64,000 nt of DNA from the NCBI GenBank assembly GCA_964270895.1, contig OZ185438.1. The stretch is one strand, 5' to 3'. The notes under the pieces were generated by a model. That model saw nothing but the letters and a program-made list of their open reading frames with translations. It was not told the origin of the DNA and did no database searches. The stretch is from Podarcis filfolensis. Taxonomy: Eukaryota. The translations under genes were made by a program, and so were the position numbers. Shown here piece by piece: positions 26,591-38,994 of this stretch. Position 1 is the stretch's first letter, and each line of letters starts with the position of its first letter.

Positions 26591-26739
26591 TAGAATCATA
26601 GAATTGCAGAGTTGGGAGGGACTCTGAGGATCATTTAGTCCAACCGCCTGCAATACAAGAATATGCAGCTGTCTCATACGGGAACTGAACCAGCGACCAT
26701 AGTGTTTTCAGCACCACAATCTAACCAACTGAGCTATCC
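26591..26739 (-). mobile_element. SINE with tRNA-Ile-like head and CR1-like 3' tail
   Basis: Reverse complement: GGATAGCTCAGTTGGTTAGATTGTGGTGCTGAAAACACTATGGTCGCTGGTTCAGTTCCCGTA (resembles tRNA-Ile) ... GGTTGGACTAAATGATCCTCAGAGTCCCTCCCAACTCTGCAATTCTATGATTCTA. Confidence 0.78.
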
Positions 26740-27376
26740 AGAAGAGCAATCCATGGTTTCATCTAGTGAAAGTAATGCATGCCTTTGGTGGGAAAGTACC
26801 TTCCTTTCTCTAAGACATCTTCTGCAGTCATTGCCTGCTCTTGAGTTCTGAAGGGTCCTTGGATAAGACACTCTCCATAGGCCCCCTCCTCCTTGCTTCC
26901 ATTGTCATCAGATGCTGCCATTGCTTCTCCTCCTCACTGCTGTTGCCTGCTCACTTCCTGGTGAGTGCATGAGTGAGCAAGCAGGAAGCAGCTACTGCTG
27001 CTTCTCCTTCTTGTCATCATTCTCCACCTTCCCTGGGCCAGAGAGAAAGGATGGCTGAATAAGCAAGTGGCAAGTGAGCAGGGAACAGCAGTGGGGAGAA
27101 TCAAGGGCCAGGAGACTCTTGACAGTGGACCCCCTGCAGAGGACTCAAGGCCAGCCCAAGATGCTTTGCTGCTTGACATAAGAGACAAAATGTCCTCCCC
27201 AATTCCACATACAGAAAACCTTACTTCACTTTCACTAATGGCAGGGCAAGCTTTAAGAGGTATGGGTCTTAGAAGGTGTTCTGCAGTTCCTATCGCTAAT
27301 GCTGGCTCTGTCTACACTCCTGTCAGTACATCGCCAGCCTCTTGTGCTTACTCACCATCCCAGTATTCTCAGGGAA

Positions 27377-27475
27377 GTTTTTAATCTGTGATATTTTAGT
27401 GTATTTTTGGTTTCTATGGAAGCCGCCCAGAGTGGCTGGGGAAACCCAGCCAGATGGGCGGGGTACAAATAAATT

Positions 27476-27526
<51 letters not shown>
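27377..27526 (+). mobile_element. L2-type LINE 3' terminus with (TTG)n microsatellite tail
   Basis: AAGCCGCCCAGAGTGGCTGGGGAAACCCAGCCAGATGGGCGGGGTACAAATAAATTA followed by about 16 TTG units. Confidence 0.8.
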
Positions 27527-29774
27527 ACCGTAAGCTTGGTACCTTCAACAGTACACCTCTACCCTGAATTTGGCAGTCCAGGCTTCCAACACTAAACCCC
27601 GGGACCATGAGGTACAGCAGCCGCTACTATTCCGGTCAATGGTGCCACCCGCAACTTTGTCCAAATCTCTCCCTCCTTACCTGTATCTCTTTCTCTGTCA
27701 TTAACATCACCACATTTTGAGGAGATGCCTTGAAGCCTATTTATCAGCACACCTCTTTCCTTTAGCCTTTTCCTCACTTCTATCCTGTTCCAGTCAGCTG
27801 TCAATCTAGGCAAAGTTCAACCTCACCCATGGCCCACCAGGATTTAAAAATGTGTATGCATTCCATTTCAGAGGAGGCTTCTGTTGCCCTTTGAGAATTT
27901 GCAAAGGGGAGGGAGTAAATCTGAAATACATGCTGGGGGGGGGGGAAGTACCTAACAAAAATGCTCTCCTCCCTTCCCTTAGAGAGTTTAAATTTTGCTT
28001 GCTGGTTCTCTCCAGGGTCACAATTACTTAGAATGTTAAAACAACTTCTACCATCCCTCCTGGAACAACTCCCACCCCTCCTCTCAGCAACAAGAGGAAA
28101 ATTGTAGAGAAACACTACTTAATTATCACACCACGTAACTAATTAAAAGCAGAACACTAGTGTGCGGTATGCTAATGGGGCATTAGAGATCCAGCATGCT
28201 CTGGTAAGGAGACACAGGCCCCCTCTTCTCCCCTTCACCTCACTGCAGGGGCTTCAAGCTGACAGGCAACCATGATGAGATGGGAATTTATTATGCTGCA
28301 TTTCCGCTCAGAACTTTTACAAGAGGCCATGGAGGTCAAGCAACTTCATTGACGCAGGGGGAGAAGAAAACACCTGGGCAGGAACCAAGAGGACGGATGC
28401 GTTACTGGAGAATGTTACGAGCAGCAGCTATTTCCTAGTGCTCTATAAAGGAAGGTTAGTTCTTTTCTTCCTTAAATATCTGATGGGAAATATATAACTC
28501 TCTGGATAAAGGTCAGCTATTCATTTCTAGATTGAGAATTGCTAGGTCTCAGAACTGCCTGCACACCATGCCCTCCGACTTGGACCCCCCTCCCTCTTTT
28601 CTAATTCCAGATGTGTATAGAGTCGTCATTGAAACAACAGAAGGGGAGCAGAATGAAGGTCAAATATTGTAGTTTAGAATGAATCCTGCTTCAAATATTC
28701 TTACATTCATCCATGCAGATCATTGCAGTGCTTTGATACACCAGCTGTAGTCATCCTGATCAGGAAATGTTCATTGTTGCCATATGTATCTATTGAGCTT
28801 TCCCACAGTGTTTTAACTGTTTTTCATAAAACCATTTCAATGACTGAAATACGTCTAAACCTGTCTGCAACCAACTCTTTCCCAAATCCTGCAATATGGC
28901 CTTCTGTGGTATTACCAAATATCAGTGCATGAGAATGGCTTAGTGGTTGCAAATGTTTAACATCTTAAGGCAGAGCAGTATGTGTGAGCGGGATCAAACT
29001 GTCTATGCCATTTAAGACTACAAAAATCCATGATCTTCTCCAACCATGATTGGTAGAATGCCTACTTTGTGTACACAAGGTTCAAGCTTTCATCTCCAGA
29101 AACTCCAGGGAGGGCTGGGAAATGCTCCATCTTTAACCCTGGAGAGTTGTGTCAGACTGTACCAAGCTACATAGAACAATGATCCAAGACAGCTTCTTGT
29201 CTTTCTTTGTGAGACATTTTGGATCTAGATTACATCAAACAATTGAGAAAGCTATGAAGTGTGGTAGTACATATGAGAGTGGTTGAATCAGGACTGGTTC
29301 TCTGTAGTTCATTAATTGGACTTAGGAAGATAAAATTGGTATCAGAACTTCTAATGTAAATTTACCATATGACTAGATACGACTAGATAGCAGCATTAAC
29401 AACGATACTCTCATGTGCATGTGGCACTTTAAAAACACTGTGCACACATTTAAAAGCATTTCTGCATTGCTAATTTATATTCCTGGGTTTAACCTAGACG
29501 CTGAGGGTTGTATCCCAAGCTACTCTTAGGCAGTAGATATCCACCTGCATGATGGAATGTCCCCATCCACTCTTCTTCTCTACAGCCTTCCATACATCTT
29601 CAAATTTGTTCAAGAGGGTTGGGATGACACTGGATGAGATTTTGGGGGATGATGAAAGAGAGGGCAGTGCTGCTGCACAAGTGCAATTCCATGTGTTCAG
29701 CATTGGGTAGAACCCTGAAGCCTTGGTGAGCCTGTAATGTGGCATAAAGATGTTTATTGGTGTGTTCCAGGTGG

Positions 29775-30111
29775 CAATGGATGAATCTATTTCTAGTTTC
29801 TGTCAGTTTCATATGAGTTCAATCCCATTTCTGCATAAACTTTTTTTCTTTTTTAAAAGTATGTCCAAAAATTGTATTTTAAATACTATTCAATCGCAAT
29901 GTACACATTTCTAAATGTACTTTACCCTAAAATATATATTCTTTTATGCATTTTAGTACATTTTTAAGCCAAGAACTGTATTGCAAGATTTAAGGGAAGT
30001 GCAATATCTGAGTGATAATTTTATTCCAATTCGTGTAAGTTGGTTTGGAAGGTGTGAATTAGGTTGATTTGCTAAAAAATGCAGATCAAACAATATTCTC
30101 CTCCATCCTTA
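29775..30111 (-). mobile_element. AT-rich DNA-transposon-like repeat, copy 2
   Basis: It ends in CCATCCTTA, and AGAACTGTATTGCAAGATT is the reverse-complement-like counterpart of the block in the 18947 copy. Confidence 0.5.
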
Positions 30112-30625
30112 GTTCCACTTACAATCTTTTGTACATATTTCTAAATTATTATGCACTGTTTGGTGACTGAAACAAAATACAGTGACTTACTATCTCTCTT
30201 GCTTTCTCCTATTTATGTTATACCTGCATTACTTCTAATACCACACATGGTACAGTAGAAGTGTGCACACTTTAGGTATACCATCCACACAATTTACTCA
30301 GAACAAAATATGTATGTGTGCATATTTGTGCACACACAAACACACCTATTTGTCTATCAAGCTCCTTAATGCGTTTTTGGAAAAATGTAGGTCATTACCC
30401 CATAGTCTTGCAACTGTGAAAGTATGCCCAGGGGACTGATGGAAAACTGTAGAATCAGCAGCATGTGGTATAAAGCCACACCTAGGATGGTGTTTTATGA
30501 CAAACAAGTGATGTGAAGGCATGCTTTCCACCCAGTCAAAGAAAGTCAAATATATAAAATAAGCTGCAACAGAGAAGACATTATTAACAGTGGCAGCTAT
30601 TAAGTGCTTACTTTATTTGTGTAAA

Positions 30626-31133
30626 CCAGGGATGGGGAGTGGGGAACCTGATCTGACTGCTAGGCCAGATCCTTCTCCCCTAGTCCTCATAGGCAAATTT
30701 GTCAAGAGGGCAAAAGTTGTCTAGCTTTCAATCACCTGATGTCACACTGAAAAGGTGATGATCTTTGGAACTTCAAAGGACCACAGAGGGCTTGCAATGA
30801 GCCCTGCATGGTGCTCTGAAGTGTTGCAGATCACCAGGCTTGAGGTCAGCTGATGGACAGAGACTTCAAGCCTGCTTTCTGCAGCAGTTGGCTACGCAAC
30901 CCAGTTTCCCATAGGGTAACTCTTGCACAGCTGGTCCATAAGCCTTGAAATCACCACCCATTCACAGGTGGATATGCTGTTAATCAGCTGGTCCCACTTT
31001 CTTTACCTGTCCCACATCTGACATAGACGTCACCAGGTGTAGGATGGATGGATGTAACAGCCTGGCAAAACAGCCTTGCGCATCAAATGCTAGGCCTGAT
31101 TAGGACTGCAGGTAGGAAGTTTCCCACTGCTGC
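30626..31133. mobile_element. Decayed hAT-like non-autonomous element
   Basis: Ends are CAGGGATGGGGA...AACCT and GTTTCCCACTGCTG, with GGCCAGATCC-type subterminal motifs. Confidence 0.45.
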
Positions 31134-32280
31134 CTTGTTAGCACTTAGCTAATAGTTGGCAGTATAAGTGACTTAATATTTAGACATAGTGCAGAATAGC
31201 CTCATTGAATCCAGCGCCTTGGGAGACGTTTTAAACTTAATCAGACACCAGAATAAACAGCAATAATATTTACTCATAGATACAAAGGGGAAGCAATTTG
31301 GATTCAGATAACAAGGTCTTTAATGCTGTGGATTCAGATAACAGGTCTGTACAATATTTCTAAGAGTGGGAAATAGAATGCAGAAACAAGCACATGTGAG
31401 GCTTGAAAACAATGAACATTACCTTGATTCCTTCTCTTTTCAGTTTAGAGTACTGTGTGAGAATATTCTGGATGCTCCCTTGCTTGTGAGAGGCCACAAA
31501 GTTTTAGAGAGGGTTATGTTGATCTTCTATTTTATACCAGGACACTACCCCAACATCCATGCTTTTGGAAACTAAGAAACAAAAGGGGGTTCACCAATAG
31601 TATGTGAGTAGGTAAAGCTTTCTTCTTCTTCCATGTTTCCATGCTAGAGAAGACTAACTTGTTGAACGTCTGTCTTGTACACAGCTGTTAAATGCAAGGG
31701 TGTCTTGCTCTTTTCCATTGCCAATCCTATATCCTGCAAAGAGCTCAGGTTTTATCAGTTGTAAACTAATTAGACTTTCACTAATTGCTCTTAGGAAGCA
31801 ATACAACATTCTGTACAAAACAAGGCAAAGTGTTTCAGAAGGTTGTGTGTGTTAAAAGAGATTTGAGATTTACAGCAACCATGGTTCAGGTGCCCATGCT
31901 TGGATAAATTCAAGACTGAATTTTTAAACAGCAAGCCGTGCATTCTAAAAGCATTTATTGAGGACGTTTATTTATACCTCGTAATAATTATAGCAATGTT
32001 ATCAGCACAGGTCAAGAAGTCACCCTTTGGGGATGGAGCAGCTTTAGCAAAAGAGAGAGATTTGAGTCTTTGACATGAATATATACCCTTTTAAGTGTTT
32101 ATATTGGCAGCAGCAACTCTCAAGAATCTGCCTATTTCACACCATGGGTGAGGAAAAAATGAATCACCACTCCCCCCATGTTGCTCCTAATATCAGCTTA
32201 ATGGCCTTCCCTGCATTTTCCATAAAGATCCCTAAGATGCCAAGAGAATGGGTAATAGCACTGGACTACACTCGGTATTG

Positions 32281-32641
32281 GGGACGCGGGTGGCGCTGTG
32301 GGTAAAAGCCTCAGCGCCTAGGACTTGCCGATCGAAAGGTCAGCGGTTCGAATCCCCGCGGCGGGGTGCGCTCCCGTCGCTCGGTCCCAGCGCCTGCCAA
32401 CCTAGCAGTTCGAAAGCACCCCCGGGTGCAAGTAGATAAATAGGGACCGCTTACTAGCGGGAAGGTAAACGGTGTTCCGTGTGCTGCGCTGGCTCGCCAG
32501 ATGCAGCTTGTCACACTGGCCACGTGACCCGGAAGTGTCTGCAGACAGCGCTGGCTCCCGGCCTCTAGAGTGAGATGAGGGCACAACCCTAGAGTCTGTC
32601 AAGACTGGCCCGTACGGGCAGGGGTACCTTTCCCTTTACCT
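32281..32641 (+). mobile_element. Full-length, young Sauria SINE (second subfamily) with 13-bp TSD
   Basis: It starts GGGACGCGGGTGGCGCTGTGGG and ends GGGGTACCTTT.CCTTTACC. The exact direct repeat TACACTCGGTATT lies at 32267-32279 and 32642-32654, and CpGs are largely intact. Confidence 0.96.
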
Positions 32642-35600
32642 TACACTCGGTATTTGTCACAGGCCCCCCACTCCACCAACAACAGTATAACCACAATGAG
32701 CAACTTGGCAGCCCTGATGTGGCCCATGTTCTCCCAACAACAGTACATACCCCACATAATATAGAGTGGCTATAGGAGATTCAATACTAGTCCTACTCAA
32801 AATAGATCCATTGAAGTCAGTGGGCATGACTATGTCCAACTGGTGTACTCTGAGTAGGATTTCAGAATAAAACCCGTATTGATGAGGATCTTCATTTGAA
32901 TTTGCATTGTTAAAGGTGTGTTTACACACAGAGATGGGGCATTCAATTAAACCTGAACTAGAAAGAGCATGAAATTCTGTCTCTGTGGCTATCTTTTGTT
33001 TTGGAGTAGTATGCTTCTCTTCCAGTCACAGCTAAGCTAAAATCCTGGATTTCTCAATTTTCTCAAACGGAACCAAGATCTTTCTTCTTCTTTGCTTTAA
33101 TCTAGAGAAAAACATCCAGAGGCACACACCTACACACGGAGGAAGAGCTAAAAACAGCTTAAAAATGAATCAGGAAGTCCTCCATTATCTGGGAAAGAGA
33201 CTTCCTGAAGACTTTATGAAGCCAGTTTTGCATTCTTCCTTGGGTGCCTGTATGACTAATATTTTTCTATAGCACTCGTCAATCACAGCTCTGACTTCAC
33301 CCATTTGCTAAGAACATTGAAAGGTATAGACAAGCTCATTTCTCACCAAGCAATTGCTTACTGCCTGCATATTTTGTTTTGCCTCCTCGTTTTGCTTCAG
33401 ACCCCACTTTTTGAAAGAGCTGGATACAGACTTTTTAATAAAAACAAAACAAAACAAATGAAAACCCAGAATCTGGATGCAGCAGCACAGCAGTAACCCC
33501 TGTTTCCGCTTCTTGGTAGGTTTGTTTCTGAATCAGTAAGTAAATCATAGATCCAAACCCTGCCAGTCCCCTCTTCCGCACTCTGAAAATGAGGACTTTC
33601 AGGTAAAGTGGAGATGGCTTAGAAAGCCATCCGATATATGTGTTTGAAAATGGCTTATACAAACACACCAGTAAAAATGATTTCTGCCAGGATAATAGCC
33701 TAAGTTGTTGTAATGACTGAACTAGCCTGCATGCATACTCAGTGCAAATTTGTATCAGAGCACGTGAAGGGAAATATAACACTGGAAGTGTATCTAACAA
33801 CCTTTAGCTAATCCAAGTCTGCCTGTGTGCTCACGTATAGCAGTGGTCTTAATTCTCTACATGCTGATCCTTATTCAGGCACAATGTTACCACAAACAAA
33901 CACAACAGGAAGATTTCCAGTTTGGAGGATCATTTGGGTGGGTGGGGGACAACCAATGGTGAAAAAAAGTCTTCCAAAACTGTTGCAGAGAATGAAAAAC
34001 AGGGTGTTGGTGTGGCTGAAACCTTGAGCAGAAGCAGACATTTGCAACATTTTGTTACAGATCTGCTTGTACATAAATACAAATTTTAAAAGAAACCAAA
34101 CAGTGCTGCAAACTATTTATAAGGGCCACATCCTTCCAAATCAGGCTGATGTTTGCTTAAGAGAACCCTCTGGGTGAGAGTAACTCAGTTTAATTCAGTG
34201 AACAATTATCAACATGACAAGCTACGGAACCGCTGGCATGACAGGCGGACACAGAAGGGAAAAGGACTGGCACTATTGGGATTTTCTCAGGTGTGAGTGG
34301 GAGCCCAGCAGGATAAGATACAGTTTGGGGGTCTTCCTTTTCAGCCTGCCATAGCAGAACCGCACAGAGCTGATAGCATGGGGCTGCTATAAAAGAAACA
34401 CATCATCACCCTCCCATCCCTGCTTCTACTGAGGCCATCTCCAGACTGTTGGTATTTTGCAGGAGGCATTCAAGCACGTACCAGGAAATGTAGGTTTGCA
34501 TAATTAAAGTTGATTAAATTGCTTTGTCGCTGTGGTGCACCAGATCCACTTTTTCAAATTAAAAAAGGGACTATTTGCAGTTAGGTAGGTGCTGGGGAAA
34601 TGCACTGAAAAGTGAAGGATGAATGACTGATTACTGGGAAGATCTGCAAACACCATGCAAGCAAATCCAGATGGATGCTCATTGTTGTATAACCTCTTTG
34701 CAAACATCAGAACCAATGTTCAGTAATGACCTGATATAGACTAACCTGCACATATGCTTTGTGTAAGCAAATCGGGATGCTCAATAAATAGGACATCTGG
34801 AGGAGCCCTGAATTACTCTTAGTAATGGGACAGTCTTTTGTAACTGGCATACATTAATCGCACGCAGCCAGTTGCTAAACTGATTTCTCATCAGTGGGTA
34901 ATGCACCAGGGTCTGCAGCTGCCCTGCTGTGTCTCATGCCCCTATGGAACCACAGGCAAACCAAACAGCTTTGCTCATTGGCCCAATCTTTTTTTACTCC
35001 CATGTATCGCTCTATGTCAACTCCTCTTTTGTTACTCTTCCTGCTGCATTATTTAAGTGAATATATATCTTCATTATTGCTTTCCATCAGCCCTTCCCTT
35101 CAAGGTGGGGTTGCAGGGATAGAATGTAAGGGACATCTATTCAAAATAATCCACCGTACATGTGGGCTTGAGCATACTGCAGTCATTAAAGAGAAGAGTG
35201 AACACCTCAGGGCACCCTGAAATAAGGTAGCTGATTTACTATTGTATTTTGCTCTGGGCAAGGATATTGCCAGATACTGTACAAGAAACAGAGCTTCAGT
35301 TTCAAGCTTTCCAAGGAAGAAGAAAACACACTACATATTTCATGAAGAGGTACACTCTGAGCACCCATGTTTTTCTCTTTCTAAACCCAATCCTTTAAAC
35401 ATTATGGAGAAGGCTTAACACACACTTTGGAGTATCTGCAAGACTCTAGTAATAATTTAGGCAGCAACTAAGGTGGCATAGCTAGCACCCACCTGACATG
35501 GGTAGCTAGCTACACAATTAAGGAAGGCAAATGAATATTCCAACCTTGCTGCACAGTTATTAATTAAACAGGATTTCACCCCAGAGGTGGAGGCATTTGT

Positions 35601-36419
35601 GTAATTAATGTAACCATCTGTGTACGTGGAGGTAGTTTTGCGAAGCACTTAGAAACCCTCTGAGATACAAATGTGAGATAGTGATGAAGATGGTGATGGC
35701 AGCAGTGGAAGTTTTCTCTCTCTCTAATTGTGGGTTTTGTCTCTGAATACAGTGTCAAATGCTACCCCACTTGCACAAGAGAAGACAGTGACATACTGGC
35801 AACCTTCACAATGTTTAGGCTGCACATATAAAGTCTTATTAATTATCTGAATAAGGAGTACATGAAGAATGTGGCCTTTCAGTTCCATTCATATCACCAT
35901 GCTTGCAGTGAGGATGAGGGTAATGATACAACATGTGATGTCAGTTAGCGAGGTCTGCATACAGAAACACATGAAGACTGGTGAGTATAATGTAGCATTT
36001 GTGCCACACAATATTGTGGAAACTAAGAACAAAAGGTAGACACAATTCCACAGTCTTCAACTCGTCTTAGCACCCATCTCAAACACCCAACCTGCAACAT
36101 GGGACCCACTTTTACTTTGCCACCTTGCCTGAAATCGAATGTGCAGAAAATAAATCTGGGGAACAGTCATTTCCCTTAGAACATAGTACAGGCAGCACTT
36201 TTCTTTGTTAGATGCTGTAGTTTGTGGGATTTATGGCTAGCAGCTTCTCTTACTCTGAAGCAATGCCAAAAGTATTTTTCCCTTTTATTTTGCAATGCCT
36301 TGCCATTTTATTTATTTATTTCATCAATTTACTTAGGTAAAAAGTGACTAGTTTTCACTTTCACCCCAATTCCTGCCCCCTCCTGCCCCCTGCTTTTCTG
36401 CCACTCCATTGCCCAAGAC

Positions 36420-36670
36420 AACTTGCAAGGTTCCCTGTGTGCAAAAGAGGCCCCTCTAAACAAGGGGCAGAGCATATTCCTCACTGGCAGATTCTGGTAG
36501 GCTCATATGGGTAGAAGCGGTATTGCAGTCCGGAGCCATTTAAGACTTTATTGGTCAAATCCAGTACTTTGAATTTGGCCTGAGAACTAACTGGTAGCCA
36601 GTGTAGTCAGGCCAGGATTGGTGTAATATGCTCAAACCATCTTGCCCCAGCGAGTAACCTGGCTGCCAAA
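36420..36670 (-). mobile_element. L2 LINE ORF2 C-terminal fragment
   Basis: Reverse translation AARLLAGARWFEHITPILA*LHWLPVSSQAKFKVL.L..KVLNG matches the L2 'HITP.L..LHWLP....FK.L.L..K.LNG' motif. Confidence 0.85.
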
Positions 36671-38338
36671 TCTCCCCTGAGATGATACACATTGGTAAGA
36701 AGAGGCATGACACGTCTGGAATTAGGAGGATTCAAAGCTATGAACTTCATCTGCCAGTATTCCTCTACTTTGGTTTCCTGCTTCCTAAATGTTGGGACTG
36801 GACTTCTTATTCAATCCATATCTAAGACTTTATTAAAGTGCTGTGCCAGCACCCCAATAATCTTTGGGAATGGAGCTTTGGGAATGTCATAGTCGTATCT
36901 TTTGTCGCACTGTGCTGGATTTTTCCAGTCAGTTCCAGAGATGGGTAGCCAATGGAGAACTTCAACAGCATCCCGTAATAACATACATACCAACAGTATT
37001 GTTACACATGGATGCTGGACATTCACGTTCAGTTTTGCTCACTTAAGGACATGACAGCTTATGGAACAGCCTTTTCTCCCCCCTGCCTCTGCAGTCTATT
37101 CCATCCCCAAACCATCAGACCTACTTTGCAGGTCTTCCCAGAGCTGCCGACTGTCAGAACAACTTCAGCTGCAGCAGCGATGGGCCCCATGCCACCAGCA
37201 GCATCCATGGCCTTCCAGCGGCTGACAAGGACTAATTAGGAAATGAAACATTAGTTAAGTCGCTCTCAATTAGGGCCGGGATAACGTTTTCCTGGCAGCG
37301 CTGGGGCGCTTTAACTGCCGGTCCCACGATGACGGTGAGCACATCAGACTTGCTGAAGGAGCTTTAATGTTTAACATATGTTGGAGGATTACAGAAAACC
37401 TTTCAGCTGTGACATTTTCTGTGTGCTCCCTGCTTTTTCTATCCCCTGCAGCAAACAGTGAATGGTGAGAGCTACAGCAAAAGAAAGACGCTCAAAGCAA
37501 TTGCCAACGAGGAAAAAAAACACCCCACCACACATTTTAATGCATGCTTGTGATGAACAGTCATCTCTCCTCCTTGCAAAAACCAAACCAACAAGTCTCT
37601 AACCAAGACCAAGCTCTAATACGTTTCCTATTAACAAAGCATTAAAAAATGGGGAGGTCAAGAAAGAGGTGAGGCTTGAATTTCAACAAAAAACAGATGT
37701 AAATGACCTCAGAGAACAGAAAGCAATAAGCAAAAACCTAATCCCCACGAATAGCATATTTTTTAAAAAGCTTGTTACCATAGAGGAAAATTTTATTTGG
37801 GGTGGGGTACAATAGAGAACTAAAATTTCTATGTTCAAGCACACAGGCTTTTCATGCAGTGGAACAGCTTGTATGAGATGTGATAGCAGAAATTAAACAT
37901 AACTGGAAGTGAAGATTCAGATTCCAAGCTCCCTTGGAAAATGCACTAATCATAGCTCAAGGGTAATATTGTTAAATATTTATTATTAGTACTAGTAGTA
38001 TTTTTTACATTTATAAGTCACTTTAGACAAAGGGGAAAGTCTCAAAGTGACCTGAAAAGACAAGGCAAGATAAAACATGAAGAGCACATGTTCTGCAGGC
38101 AGAAGGTCTCAAGTTCAATCACTATCATCTCCGGTAGGAAGGATCAAGTAGTTGTATGAAAGAGCTCCCTCTGCATGAGACCCTACAAAGCTGGACAAAT
38201 AGTCCAAAGAAAAACAACTTAGCTATGGGGCTGGGGCACTGAAGATCACACCTGACTTCAAATGTAGCCCTCTCCTTTGATTTTGTCCCATTCCATAGAT
38301 TGCAGGATGGACGTGGCTGTGAAATGGCAACTGTAGAA

Positions 38339-38444
38339 CAGGGGCTGAGAGTCTGTGCTTCCCCAGATTTTGTAGGACCACCCCAGCATAGTCAAGGATG
38401 ATGGGAGTTATAATCCAGCAAGAGAGCTACAGCTTCTCCACCTC
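38339..38444. mobile_element. Palindromic hAT-type MITE, decayed
   Basis: CAGGGGCTGAGAGTCTGTG...GGATGATGGGAGTTATAATCCAGCAA. Confidence 0.55.
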
Positions 38445-38452
38445 CACTGTAG

Positions 38453-38615
38453 CAGAGGTGGATTTAGGGAAGCGCCATCTGTTCACCTACACTGGGCACC
38501 GAGTCAAGAGGCAACAATGACGAACAACAGAAAGTGAGAGGTGGGGGTGGGGAGTGCCAAATGCTGGTGTCGCACAAGGCATTGTTGAAATTCTAAAGCC
38601 CAAAATCTGCCACTG
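38453..38615. mobile_element. hAT-like short element
   Basis: Imperfect TIR CAGAGGTGGATTT / AAATCTGCCACTG, with CTGTAG in both flanks. Confidence 0.5.
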
Positions 38616-38926
38616 GCTGTAGACTGGCTCTCATAAACTAACTATATGAGAAGATGGTAGAATAGTTTGGTTGTTGGGCTTGGCTTGGTCATGAAGTTCA
38701 AATTAGTTCACTGGGTGGGTCTAACGTATCTCTCAGCCTAACACATCTCACAGGGTTGTTGTGAGAGTTTGCGAGAAGAACACACTGTGAAGTGTGCCTT
38801 GTGTAGTTTGACTATGAATACGAGAAACTGAAGTCAACTGGAGCTTTTCTACTAACAGCAAACCTAGATGTGATGTTAACTATGTCTCCAAGAAATTTAC
38901 TTCTCTGGGTGGACATGCAAGGGATT

Positions 38927-38994
38927 GTGCTATTACTGCATCTGATTGTGAAGGTGATTAGTGCTATTGTTGCATCTGATTGTGAAGGTGATTA
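38927..38994. repeat. 34-bp tandem duplication (2 copies)
   Basis: GTGCTATTACTGCATCTGATTGTGAAGGTGATTA followed by GTGCTATTGTTGCATCTGATTGTGAAGGTGATTA (2 mismatches). Confidence 0.9.

Noticed and set aside
27342-27533. Poly-Leu ORF (also 58671-58883) and poly-ER ORFs (7648-7887, 50284-50490)
   Set aside because: These are translations of (TTG)n/(AAC)n and (GA)n/(CT)n microsatellites.
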